NCBI GenBank assembly: GCA_051453625.1
Contig: JBOZIK010000001.1
Coordinates: 26,380,917-26,435,406, forward strand
Reading direction: 5' to 3'
DNA from: Welwitschia mirabilis
Lineage: Eukaryota
Length of the DNA: 54,490 nt
Part shown: piece after piece, positions 13,434-26,237 of the stretch
Layout of the letters: every line of letters begins with the position of its first letter
Position numbering within the stretch: the first letter of the stretch is position 1
Translations under genes and position numbers: made by a program
Notes under the pieces: generated by a model
What the model saw: only the letters and a program-made list of their open reading frames with translations
What the model was told of the DNA's origin: nothing
The model's database searches: none

Positions 13434-14287
13434 TATTAGATTATGTTTTATCAATTGATGTCAAACTAATATTTTCTGTATAGTAAATTTTGTGTATTTT
13501 TTGTAGAAGGTGTTAATTACTTACAAGTTAAAAGATGAAGTCGAAACAGTTGAATTCTGAGCACTAGAAACCTATCAGTTCTTTTACCCTCTTGAGGGGT
13601 TGACCAGACTTTCAAGGGGTCGACTGCGCCTAAAGTAAATAGACTAAATAACTGCATCTAGAGGGATCGATCGGATTTCTGATGGGTTGACCAGACCTGT
13701 AACCTTAAGAACCAGTGTCCTTAAATCAAATGGCAAGGGGTCAACTGGATCCTTATAGGATCAATCAGATTTGAGGACCTAATAAATAGTATCCCTAGAC
13801 TGAAAAATAAGGGGTCAACTTGATTTATGATAGGATTAACCAGATCACTAAGGAACAGTACTCCTAAACTTACTATCAAGGGGTCGATCAGACCTATAAT
13901 GGGATGTACAGGACCTGAGCACTATGTAGCTAATACTTCTAAGATGATCGTCATGGGTATGATGGGGTCAACCAGGCCTAGTGTTAAAAACTAGAAAGAA
14001 TTTTATTAGGACAAGTGGATGATTGGATTTTGTTATGAGTGACTAGACTGGGATTGACTGGACCCAGATGGAGTCGATTGGATGTAAAACCATGAGAAAT
14101 TAAGATGACCAAAATTCTTACTTGGATGACTTGTATTATAAAAGGTTGAGACTAAGCCTTGAAAATTCTACTTAGAAGTTAAGACTAAGTGTTGAAAAGT
14201 CCACTCAAACGTTGAGACTAAGCCTTGAAAAATCCACTCAAAGTTTGAGACTAAGCCTTGAAAATTCCACTCAAAGATTAAGACTAA
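13434..14287 (+). repeat. LTR2 (middle LTR) of inner SIRE element; internally deleted, runs into a gap
   Basis: Preceded by the PPT aaaggaaacga (13422-13432). Collinear with LTR1 to ~14135, then jumps straight to the 33-bp repeat array. Confidence 0.85.
14145..14287 (+). repeat. 33-bp tandem repeat array within LTR (gttgagactaagccttgaaaa(g/t)tccactcaaa)
   Basis: Units start at 14145, 14178, 14211, 14244 and 14277, with no unique spacers. Confidence 0.9.
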
Positions 14288-14387
14288 NNNNNNNNNNNNN
14301 NNNNNNNNNNNNNNNNNNNNNNNNNNNNNNNNNNNNNNNNNNNNNNNNNNNNNNNNNNNNNNNNNNNNNNNNNNNNNNNNNNNNNNN

Positions 14388-15188
14388 ATTATCCTACTTT
14401 ATGCTTATCACAAGTTTGTACCATCATTTTCATGTTATCTTACATAAAAAGCTAGAAACCCTCTAGCCTATGACACCCATTGGATGTGCAACCTTATCCC
14501 GTATGCATATCTTTATCCCATCTAAGAAATCCTCAAATTCTCTCTCTCTCTAAAAGAAGCCTCTCTTAATGAGATCTTTTTATAGTTGAAACAGATTGAT
14601 TCTCATACCAAACACATGTAGGAATCACTCATAGCAACTAGTTATGATATTGATAATACTTTAGCAAAGACCACTAGCATAGCACGCACAGGAGATAATG
14701 AAGAATATTTAGAAAAAGACTCTAAAGAAGAAGAAGAAGAAGAAGAAGAAGAAGAAGAAGAAGAGAAGTCTTATTAGAAATCTTTCAAATTATGTTTTGC
14801 CTTTTGTTTATGATTTTCTCCTTTATCATTGATGTCAAAATAGGGAGAATTAATTGTTTGTCTATTGAATTTTTTTTCATATGTTTTTAGATGTATGATC
14901 TTAATGAGCACTTTTAGTTTGTAATGTTTACTTATGTTTAATAAAATCTACATGCATTTTTATATTTTACACATATCTTAAATTTTTTTGTGCTTTTTAC
15001 AAATCATATATGCTTAACATGCTTATCTATTAGTATCATATTTACTTAACTTGAAAATTTTAAAGTCTTTTAATGTTTGAAAATAAATTCTAATATGTAA
15101 CATCTGATTAAAATATTAAATGATTTACATGATCATGTTATGTTTATTATAAACTTGTGTCCTTAACCTTTCAAATGTGCATATTAAA
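14388..15188 (+). repeat. Second, diverged copy of the ORF2 3' end and pre-PPT region
   Basis: Aligns with ~12461-13272 with many substitutions and an expanded GAA tract. Confidence 0.88.
14727..14762 (+). repeat. (GAA)n microsatellite encoding the poly-Glu end of ORF2 copy 2
   Basis: About 12 consecutive GAA units are seen directly. Confidence 0.92.
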
Positions 15189-15829
15189 NNNNNNNNNNNN
15201 NNNNNNNNNNNNNNNNNNNNNNNNNNNNNNNNNNNNNNNNNNNNNNNNNNNNNNNNNNNNNNNNNNNNNNNNNNNNNNNNNNNNNNNNNNNNNNNNNNNN
15301 NNNNNNNNNNNNNNNNNNNNNNNNNNNNNNNNNNNNNNNNNNNNNNNNNNNNNNNNNNNNNNNNNNNNNNNNNNNNNNNNNNNNNNNNNNNNNNNNNNNN
15401 NNNNNNNNNNNNNNNNNNNNNNNNNNNNNNNNNNNNNNNNNNNNNNNNNNNNNNNNNNNNNNNNNNNNNNNNNNNNNNNNNNNNNNNNNNNNNNNNNNNN
15501 NNNNNNNNNNNNNNNNNNNNNNNNNNNNNNNNNNNNNNNNNNNNNNNNNNNNNNNNNNNNNNNNNNNNNNNNNNNNNNNNNNNNNNNNNNNNNNNNNNNN
15601 NNNNNNNNNNNNNNNNNNNNNNNNNNNNNNNNNNNNNNNNNNNNNNNNNNNNNNNNNNNNNNNNNNNNNNNNNNNNNNNNNNNNNNNNNNNNNNNNNNNN
15701 NNNNNNNNNNNNNNNNNNNNNNNNNNNNNNNNNNNNNNNNNNNNNNNNNNNNNNNNNNNNNNNNNNNNNNNNNNNNNNNNNNNNNNNNNNNNNNNNNNNN
15801 NNNNNNNNNNNNNNNNNNNNNNNNNNNNN

Positions 15830-16910
15830 CTAAGTACTATGCATCTGATACTACTAAGCCGATCATCATGGGGCCGACTAAACACCTGAAATGGTTAACT
15901 AGACCTGATGCTAAAAAATAAAAAGAATTTTATTAGGATGAATGGGTAACTAGATCATATAGTAGATGACCAAACTAGGGTTGATCAGACCCAAGTGGGG
16001 TCGACCAGACATGAATCCGTATAAAATTAGGGCAACCAAAATTCTCACTCGGGAAACCTGTGTAAGTCACGATACCATATGTGATTGATCGGACTTTTAA
16101 GATGCCAGGCAGACAAAACAAAGGTAAAATTTTTTAATTATATGTATACGTTATGTAGCTCTTGGGTAGTCATTTTCTAGCCAATTATAGCCATTGGAAG
16201 TAGATTTCAAATATAATAAACCTTAAAAACCTTTCAATATAAATAGCTAAGACATAGATTACTAAATAATATTTTGGAACTAGTTTTAATTATGTAAATC
16301 AGTTGGATCAAAGAATTAAGAACTATAATCTTCTGACATTAACTATTGTATCTTGGCATCTATACTTTTGACTAAAAAATATCTACCATTTATATCACCT
16401 CCACATTTAAGATCAGATCCTATGCTTCATTTGGTTTTACATCTACAGAAAAAGAGCTCCATAAAATCTACTTAATCAAAAATGAGTAATATTTGTGCAT
16501 AGTTGTTATCATTACATCACTACTTTGCTTTTTGAAAGGTTGAGACTAAGCCTTGAAAAGTTTATTCAAAGGTTAAGAGTAAGCCTAGAAAAATTCATTT
16601 GTAAAGATTACAGGTAAACATGAAATACATGACGGAATAATGAAGATCCAAGATCTAGCTTGGGGTTAAGCTATTTGTTGAGAGTGGAATAAGGTGTTTT
16701 CCAAACTATATATAAATCCAATGTGCATCAATTTGGTATTTTTATGCTTTTAATTATTATTTCCTTACTTCTATTATTTTGCTATTTCATGCATATTTTG
16801 GATTAGTTAATTTTTACATGTAAGTTTTGTTTAAGATTGGATTCATTTAGTATATTATGTAGTATATTTTAAAGAACCTATCCACCATCCTAGTGTTCTT
16901 GATCCTATCA
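15830..16910 (+). repeat. LTR3 (3' LTR) of inner SIRE element; 5' part in gap
   Basis: Collinear with ~8147-9193, ends gatcctatca, and is followed by the TSD gttaa. Confidence 0.9.
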
Positions 16911-17969
16911 GTTAAGAGGTGTAAGCCTCAACCTCCTTCTCCTTAGTAGTACAAAAGAACCTAGAAGTCATACGCACTTAAATCGCATCATTAGAACCTA
17001 AAAAAAATAGCACATGAATGATAAATGAAAATAATAAGTTTGATATATAAGAACATGTGGAAATGTATACAATTATTAACATAAATTAATACAATATGAG
17101 ATGTTAAAAATTCATTATAATGATATTTTAAGTGAATGAAGTAAAACCAAATTATGCATAGGTAATTGATCATAAGTAATAGGTCATATAAAAGGAATAG
17201 AAAATTTATTTTAATTAAGTAGTCAATAATTTTTAAAAAAAGTATGAAAACCATTAATAATTAATTAAATAATGAGAAAATTTTATAAAAGATTGATAAA
17301 TCCATAAATTAATGTAAAACCTAGTCACATTTAGTAAATGATACACTAAAAGAGTAAGAGAGTATGAAATTTAAGATAAAATAAAGAAACAGGCATGAAC
17401 TAGGATAAAAGAAATTGATAAAAAGTTAGATGATTAAAAATTTAAACCATACGCATTATATGCCAGAAAAATATGTAAGCAAGTTATGAAATATTACTAA
17501 AAGAGCCTTTGAAAGACTAAAATATGATGAAAAACAATTTTTCAAGATCAAATAGATCCAAGTAAACAACGGAACCTATAGAGAATGAGGTGATAAATGA
17601 TAAACTATATTGATAATTTATAGAAGTATGTGATTTGCATAGTGGGTGATCAACTCTTAGGGCTAGGAAGTCATACATTTCAAGGGTATTTACAAACATT
17701 AAATCAAGGATTTTTAATGCTCAAAGAATAGCAATCGATCATTTTATATAGTGGTTAATCCCTTACACAATCTTGCAGATCATCTAGAGCCTATGAAAGA
17801 CTAAAGCTACTATGGAAATTAATCATTTACAATAAGATATTAATTCCCTTAAGCAAAAAAAATAGATTATAAAAAAAGCTAAAGGGATAAGATTGTATAA
17901 GGTTGAGAAAGATAACATTAAAGTGAGGAGATAAGAATAAAGAAGGAAATGCTTAGAGATAGTAATAAA

Positions 17970-20900
17970 GATTTAAATATTTAAAAAGAGAGAGAGAATG
18001 GTCTCATAATGGATGTTTAGTTAAAATGTAAGCTAATTGATGATTGGTAGGTACATATTGAACTCTAGTATTTTCAAACTTAACATGATCTCTAATAAAA
18101 TAATAAGGAATGTTAATATATTTTATTCTTGAGTGAAGCATAGGATCCTTAAAGATAATTATGCCACTATAATTGTTATAGAAAATAAGTGTATTGAATT
18201 CATGAATATCAAGATCTTGTAAAGCATAGTGAATCCATAAGAATTAAGATATACAACTAGAAGCAACTACATACTCAGCTTCATTAATGGATAGAGTTAT
18301 AACAATTTATTTCTTAGATGTTAACTAACTAAACATAGTCCTAAAAAGAAATAATAACCACTAGTACTCTTTTCATCATGCCTAAAACTAGCCTAATTAG
18401 CATCACAAAAGGTAGATAAATCTAAGGTGATATCTCTAGAAAACTAAACCATAGTATATGGTGTTTTTTACATATATGAAAATGCATTTAATAGATTTGA
18501 TATGAGATTTTTTGAATTTATATTGATACCTAACACATAATCCTATTAAAAATGTGATGTTAAACTTACTTTTTATTAGGTAAAGTAGGCTTCTAATCAT
18601 ACTTCTATATAACTTGATGTCCACATTCGTGTAATGCTTTAGTCAAAGTCCCTTTGCAAGTTTACTTGCAAACTTTAATTGAGATAAAAATGCACCATCT
18701 ACTCTTTGCTTAACCTATAATCCAAGGAATATTTCTATCTCACTAACATAACTCATTTCAAAATGATTAGTTATAAGTTTTGCAAGCTCATAAGACATAG
18801 AGTTCATAGTTGCTCTAAAAATAATCTCATTAACATAAGTTTATACAATTTAAAAAATTAAAATTAACCTTTTTCACAAATACAACATTATTTATTTTAC
18901 TTCAATGAAGTCATAACCTAAGAGGAAAGATGTTAGTTTTTAATATCATGCTCTTACTGCTTGTTTAAGTTCATATAGTGCTTTTTTTAACCTATAGACA
19001 TGATGAGAATATTTTAGTTCTTCAAACTAAGGGATTGTTTTATAAACACAAGTTAATTTAACATTCCATTTATGAATTCACATCTTACATTCATCTGATA
19101 AAATTTAAAGCTATAAAAATAAGATAGTATAAGAAAAATATGAATTAAATATAATCTAGTAATTGATTCAAAAGTTTTCTTAAAATCAGTACCTTCCACT
19201 TTAATGTCATATTGTGTCACTAACCCTACTCTATTCCTTATTAGTTAAAAGTTCTTATTTATTTTATTTTTAAAGAAACATTTTGTACCAATAACATTTT
19301 GATCACTTAGTCTAGAAACAAGCTACTATACATCACTTTTCTTGAATTGATTAAATTCTTCTTACATAGCATTGAGTTAATGTTCATCCTATTTAGCTTC
19401 TTTAAAAGTTTTAGAATTTAATGTAGAAACAAAATAAACATTTACATGAATTGAACACCTAGTCATTACTTATCAAACACATCACTAATTATTTATTCTA
19501 TAGATAGATCTTTGGGTATAATTATCTCCTTGAGTATTACTATTTTCTTGTGAAAGGTAAGAGAAGAAGAATGTGAGGATGTAAAGGCTTGAACATTTAA
19601 TTGAATTCTTTTAGAATTTAATCCTGCTTCTTAATCTTCATTATTACACTTGTGATTACATTCATCTATTCTATCATGAATACATTTATCAGTTATACCT
19701 GAGTTTTGATTAAATACTAGTAGGTTTTACTTGTTTTAGAATATTTAAGAAAATTTTCTTTTGATTACTTTAAGTTAAAGTTTTTGGTCTTGTTATCATT
19801 TTTTATAATATATCATTTACTACTAAATATTTTAAAATAATATATATTTTTCCTTTTTTATTTTCACATATCATCAGAGGTTTTGATAGTATAACTTCTA
19901 GGAAAGGCTTAGCTGGATATATAACAATTTACATTAAGGACTTTAGCTCAAAATCTCTTAGTTCTATCTTTTTCTTATAGCATTATTCTAGTCATCTCTT
20001 ATAGTACCTTATTCTTAATTTCTATAACATCATTTTATTATTGGATTCTAACCATTAAGAATTCATGGGTGATATCTTTCTTCTCATACCATCCTTCAAA
20101 CATTTCATTTTCAAACTCTCCTCTATGATTAATTATAATTTCTTTATGTTGTGACTAGCTATATTCTCTAATATCCTACTCATAATCTAAAATTTCTCAA
20201 AGGATTTATTATTATGTCTAAAAATCATTATCCATATGAATCTTAAAAAGTCGGTAACAACAACCAATATATAAGTCTTATAACTAGGATTCTCTCTATA
20301 AGCAAGACTTACAATATCAATATGAAGCAAGTATAATGACACTTGATCAATCTTAGATAAACGTTTTCTAGTTTGATTTCCTAAATAAGATGCTCTACAC
20401 AATTCTCCTTTAACTTTATTTATGTTTAAAATATGATTAACAAGATCCTATTTTAAAATTTTATAGAGATTTTTATAGTCAACATGATCTAAATTTTTAT
20501 GTTAAAGCCTGCTATCCTTTAAGAAATTAAAATAAAAATTTACTACTCATAGATGGCCTAATAGAATATACATTTTTAACTCTATCACCAGTCAATAGAG
20601 AATATTATGAATTATTGGAAAATCTTTATTAGCAATAGTGATAAAACCTTTTACCATTACTTTTTCATTATCTCTAAAATTCATAGTACCCACATTAGAT
20701 TTTCTCATCTTTATGAATATACTTCTATCTATCATCATATATCTTAAACAAGCATATCAAGATACTAATCAACATCATTNNNNNNNNNNNNNNNNNNNNN
20801 NNNNNNNNNNNNNNNNNNNNNNNNNNNNNNNNNNNNNNNNNNNNNNNNNNNNNNNNNNNNNNNNNNNNNNNNNNNNNNNAATTATTGGAAAATCTTTATC

Positions 20901-22641
20901 ACCAATAGTTATAAGACCTTTTACCATTACTTTCTCATTATCTCTAAAATTCATAGTACCCACATCAGATTTGCTCATCTTTATGAATATACTTCTATCT
21001 ATTATCATATATCTTAAACAAGCATATCAAGATACTAATCAACATCATTAGTGATCATTAAAGTAGTATGAATTAAAATAATTTTATGATATTTACTATT
21101 TTTTCATATAATATTAAAATTTAGTTTTTATTGATGAATTGAAGACTAGATAATGTTCTAATTCTAGAAAAGACATTACTAGAATAACAATTAACTTTAG
21201 TAGGACCAAACCTATTACAAAAATGGCAAATAATTAATTTCTTATTTTTCTTTCTAAATTCAATGTTTTGAGAATATTATTGGCCATTACCTCATTTGAG
21301 GTTTGAATATGTTCATTATTTACCCTTAGAAAGAGATGAGCATTTACCTGATGAGGCTAACATAAAGGAAGAAGAGAGTGGTTGAATATATCCTAATTTA
21401 CTTTTATCTCTTAGTGTTCTTTACTTGAGTAGCATTATCTTCAATGACTTGATACTTGGGGAAAACTTCAAAATAATTTTATTTAGATCATTAAGTTTTA
21501 AAATAAAATAATCACATTCATTTTATCTTGCTCTTTAAATGTTTTAAAGATATTTTTTTAATCACCTAAAGTTTTCTTTACAAGATTTAATTTGGATGTT
21601 AAATGTCTTTTTTTAGTTTATATTGGGATGCATCATTTTTCAAAAGAATGTTATTTTTAGAATCATTTTTCTTTCTTTAAAGATCTTTTGGTAATTTTTC
21701 ATTATATCTTTATTCCCATCCTTGTCTTCTTCTACATTTTATCTTTTATTTTTGTAATTTCCTGTTCATCATCTTCAATGTTTATGAAGCAATCCTATTT
21801 TTCATTACTTTCTTTAGCACTGATAAGCATTAATACATTTTCAAATTCTAATTCATGGGGATTAGTTAAATCAAATTTAAAACCATCATTTATCTTAGTA
21901 ATAAGTGCCATATTAAGTGCCATAAGAGATAGCCTCTTATTATCTTAAGGGTCTTCCTTATCTGATTCATTACTATTCTAAGTGGTCATATTTCATTTCT
22001 CTTTAAATTATTTTATTTCTTCTTCCTTTTGTTATTTATATGTGCAACTATCAGATGCCTAAATCATTTACAAGCATAATAGTTGGTACTCTTTTCTCAA
22101 GAGTTATCCTTGTGTCTTAAAGATTTTGTGCCATAATCTCTCTTATTTTTTTCATTTTTTAGTTTTCAACATCTTCTCGAATTTGCTAGTGAATAATGCT
22201 AATTCCTCATCCATGTTAGAATTATAATTAGAGGAGGATAAGAGAATTATCATTATTATTATATTTAGTAAATAAAACTTTTTTAACATTAAAGGTTATA
22301 TCTTTGCCTTTGTCATCTTTATCAAGACACCTTATCTCAAATTTCAAGATGTTACTTATCATTTATTCTAACCTAATTTTTTTAATGTTATTTGTGTATT
22401 TAATTAATAACACCTTATTCTCATAGGCATTTTGAAGAGACCTCAAAATATTTTTAGTAACTTGGCTAGATTTTATAGGTTTTGCAAGTCTCTAAAGTCT
22501 ATTAATAATGCTTATGAGCTTGTTATTAAATTCTATAAAATTTTTATCATCTTACATTCAAATTTGCTCAAATTCTATCATAAGCATTTACTTCTTAGTC
22601 TTATTGATCTTATTGGTTCATTTCTATATTATCTAAAGTAA

Positions 22642-22673
<32 letters not shown>

Positions 22674-22983
22674 TACAATAGTATAGTTTCTTACCTTTTT
22701 GTAATCTTTTGCATTGATTCCATAGCATATTTCATTCATTTCCTTCTTGTTAAGAATTGTCTAGTATTTATCTTTATCTTCCTAAGATATTCTTGATTTG
22801 ATCATGAAGGTGGTACTCTCATTCACTATTTGAAATTCCACTAGTGGGGAGAAGCCTTTTTCCATTATTATCTATTAGTTAAAACTCATTGCTTTAATAA
22901 ATACCTGCATTTTTGTTTTTCAAAATTTGGAGTTCTCATCAATGAAGTAAAGTTAACAGTTGATTACTTGTTCTTACATGATG
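17970..22983 (-). pseudogene. gag-pol: Copia gag-pol pseudogene of outer SIRE element (gag-PR-INT-RT-RNase H)
   Basis: Minus-strand motifs: YILVVVTDFLRFIW (INT, ~20250), KFYQMNVRCEFING and RLKKALYELKQA (RT, ~19100-18960), YVNEI (decayed YVDDI, ~18830), YRSMIRSLLYL, and HQLAYILTKH (RH, ~18030). A zinc knuckle relic lies near 22060. Confidence 0.88.
22647..22673. repeat. (TA)n microsatellite inside gag relic
   Basis: An atatatat... run is seen directly. Confidence 0.92.
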
Positions 22984-23030
22984 TAAAATATTTTAAGTAA
23001 TAAAAACCAATAAAAAACACCTATATCAAT

Positions 23031-23043
23031 GCTTTAATATTAA
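23031..23043 (-). promoter_or_regulatory. Degenerate tRNA-iMet PBS of outer SIRE element
   Basis: The reverse complement reads ...ttctaaca|attaatattaaagc vs ca|attggtatcagagc. Confidence 0.7.
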
Positions 23044-23044
23044 T

Positions 23045-24140
23045 TGTTAGAACTGAGTATCCTATAAGAAAGGGATAAATAGGATAGCTAAGATAGCTTT
23101 TACAATTTGAATGTTTAATATAATGTTTACTAATGTAATTTATAATCTAATTAAATAACAACTAGTTTCGAATTAACTATGATGGTAATTCATATAATTA
23201 AGAATGAATATAATAGTTAATTGTATGATAATTAACTAAATAATAAATATAAATAAGCATAAGATAATAAAAACAAGTCTGCTTTCCTTTATTACAAATG
23301 TAGTCTTCAACTACACATTCAACAAGACATTACAGTTATTCTTCACTAATACAATTAGGATTTTTTGATAATCCTTATCTTAATAACAAGATAATTTACC
23401 TTGTTTGTTATTACAATTAAGTATAAAAAGAAGTATGAATAATTTGAAGTGTAATAGATTGAGATCAGGATGTTAGTAGAAGTATAATGTATAATTAACA
23501 AAAGATCTAGGTTTTACAATAGCCAAATTATTTATACAACTATGTTTATAGCTATTTTAGGTCACATGGATAAATACTATAACTTTTAAATCCTTAAAAA
23601 TGCTAACTAACTTCCTAAGAAAAAGTTTCAATGGTTGTCAATAGTCTACAATTACTATTTTTCTATTAACTGTTAGACTAATGGTTGACCCCTTTGAGGT
23701 GGTAGTTGATTCCTTACCTTAGATTAATATTTTCATGTAAGTTACTTAAGGTGGATGATTTACCCATAACTAAAATTGATCTACCACTTTAATTACATTC
23801 TATCTTCATACCTAGGTGGTCAATCCTTGTGAGTTATTAATTAATCCCTTACTATTTTCTTGTCAATTACATGATGTTCTTTATCATTCTTTTTCCTTAT
23901 TTTATGGTTGAACTCCTATATCTTATTGTTTGATCACCTAAGTTATTTCTACTAGTTCAACTATCTTTAAACTTTAACTTCTCTAGTATTTTGATATAAC
24001 TTCTGAGTGTTTCATTTGTGATCCGTCATATGTTCTGGATTTTGCTCCAAGGCATATAGCTTATCCTATAAATAAATTTATTTTATTACTAATACTAGAT
24101 AGAATTTAGTTTATCATTAATAGACCTATTTTATCATTAA
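23045..24140 (-). repeat. 5' LTR of outer SIRE element
   Basis: Adjacent to the PBS and homologous to 4491-5188. The outer end is approximate. Confidence 0.78.
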
Positions 24141-24249
24141 TATAAAAATAGAAGATGCAATAACATATTTACTACACTAGGGCTATTAATACTTTCTAGA
24201 AATACAACATTGACTTATTCATGTACAACATGTTTAACTCTGTTAGAAA

Positions 24250-24650
24250 AAGGTACTACAACATTGAATGCCTAATATGATCAAATTCTTAAAGAACATC
24301 ACTTATGATTATAGAAGGATAAATATTAAAAAAGAACTTAAGACAGGATTAGATACTTCTTGTAAATTACTTATTTTAACATTTGGTACTTAATATCTTT
24401 TACTATTCTTAATCAGCATGAATGTACTTTACCAATGTCTTTTCATATTTTGACTTAGACTGATAATTAAATAAAATTTTTATATCTATGATGTATGATA
24501 TAATATTAGTGGAATTTTTATTTCCATCCATTTTACCATTTCACACTGCATGCATTTACCCTTTCTTATCTATGAAAAACATACCTAAAGTTACATTTAC
24601 ATTTGTTGTGATGGAATCCTTTTATTTGTCAAACTAAAACTAAGTTAATC
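24250..24650 (+). pseudogene. Highly decayed Athila-like gag-end/protease relic
   Basis: MPNMIKFLKNI (cf. MPxYAKFLKDI), YDIILVEFLFP (cf. EDVLVxV..FxFP) and PFL occur in the expected order. Confidence 0.4.
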
Positions 24651-26237
24651 TAGAATACCATTAAGGTCAAATGATTCTCAAGCTTTAATTTTACTAAATA
24701 TTTATTCATCCTGAGCCTAAGTATCATTTTAGTACTTTNNNNNNNNNNNNNNNNNNNNNNNNNNNNNNNNNNNNNNNNNNNNNNNNNNNNNNNNNNNNNN
24801 NNNNNNNNNNNNNNNNNNNNNNNNNNNNNNNNNNNNNNNNNNNNNNNNNNNNNNNNNNNNNNNNNNNNNNNNNNNNNNNNNNNNNNNNNNNNNNNNNNNN
24901 NNNNNNNNNNNNNNNNNNNNNNNNNNNNNNNNNNNNNNNNNNNNNNNNNNNNNNNNNNNNNNNNNNNNNNNNNNNNNNNNNNNNNNNNNNNNNNNNNNNN
25001 NNNNNNNNNNNNNNNNNNNNNNNNNNNNNNNNNNNNNNNNNNNNNNNNNNNNNNNNNNNNNNNNNNNNNNNNNNNNNNNNNNNNNNNNNNNNNNNNNNNN
25101 NNNNNNNNNNNNNNNNNNNNNNNNNNNNNNNNNNNNNNNNNNNNNNNNNNNNNNNNNNNNNNNNNNNNNNNNNNNNNNNNNNNNNNNNNNNNNNNNNNNN
25201 NNNNNNNNNNNNNNNNNNNNNNNNNNNNNNNNNNNNNNNNNNNNNNNNNNNNNNNNNNNNNNNNNNNNNNNNNNNNNNNNNNNNNNNNNNNNNNNNNNNN
25301 NNNNNNNNNNNNNNNNNNNNNNNNNNNNNNNNNNNNNNNNNNNNNNNNNNNNNNNNNNNNNNNNNNNNNNNNNNNCAAGTCATGATTTTTCTTAAAAGTA
25401 TATTATATCTCAGTCTTTATCCATTTTTTGTTTTATTTAGACACTTTATTCCTCATAATTCTTCTTTATCTTTTCTTCATTTATAGCTCTTTTTCCCTAG
25501 CTTTTCATCCTTCATTTATCTTTACCCCTCTTATCTATAGCAATCATTTTTAAAACCTTATCACTTAGCAATTTCTCATAGAATTCCCTTTCACTTTATG
25601 CATTGTTTATCATTTTCGTTTTTTTCTTTCTTTGCATTATAGCTTAGTTGCATTAATTTTAATACTTATATTTTTTAATAAAATTAATATTCATGAATAA
25701 TGCACTCTAAAAATGTAACAACACATTTCAAAAATTGTATCTAAATTTTTCCATCTTCTAAACTTTAAGTACAAAGTTTAAGTTTGGTGTTTAGCGAGGA
25801 TGACAATAATTTTTCATAGAATTTTTTTTATTGTAATGCCTTATTTTTTAAAAATTGGTTAACAAATTAAAATGATATATCATTTTTATACTTTAGTATT
25901 CTTTCTTAGACAATTTTTCCATGTTAACCATTTCTTTATTAAATTTTGCTGAGTGTCTAGAAATAGTTTGATTATAGGATGCATTAACATGCAAAAACTA
26001 ATATTTTAACTAAGTATATTTAATTAATTTAGGTTACTAAAAGATATTAAAAAAATCTATTTTATCATAAAATTATGTCTTTAACCCTTTTTAATAAAAT
26101 TTCTAAGCTTATGCACTTTGTCATGTCAATTGTAAGTAAAATGCTACATTCCGGATGAATAGTAAAATTGAAAACAATTAAGCATAAAGCACTACTATTA
26201 TCATCCTTACTAAAGTGAAGAAATTAATTTTGGAGGG

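Larger units (their letters stand above)
7323..16910 (+). mobile_element. Non-autonomous SIRE-like Copia element with three LTRs (gag-PR plus env-like ORF2; no INT/RT/RH visible)
   Basis: TSD GTTAA at 7318-7322 and 16911-16915. LTR ends gatcctat(t/c)a, preceded by a C-rich motif. iMet PBS, gag with CCHC knuckle, WYLDSGC protease, and gatgtcaaaagggagag PPT-like signatures are present. Confidence 0.88.
4491..24140 (-). mobile_element. Older Sirevirus (SIRE)-like Ty1/Copia element, minus strand, interrupted by the insertion at 7323-16910
   Basis: Paired LTR sequences at 4491-5188 and 23045-~24140, an iMet-type PBS at 23031-23043, a PPT at 5190-5200, Copia order gag-PR-INT-RT-RH, and a long extra 3' region with an ORF2 relic. 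Confidence 0.8.

Noticed and set aside
14145..14287. 33-bp repeats as a CRISPR array
   Set aside because: The units are head-to-tail with no unique spacers, sit inside an LTR, and no cas genes are present in this eukaryotic context.
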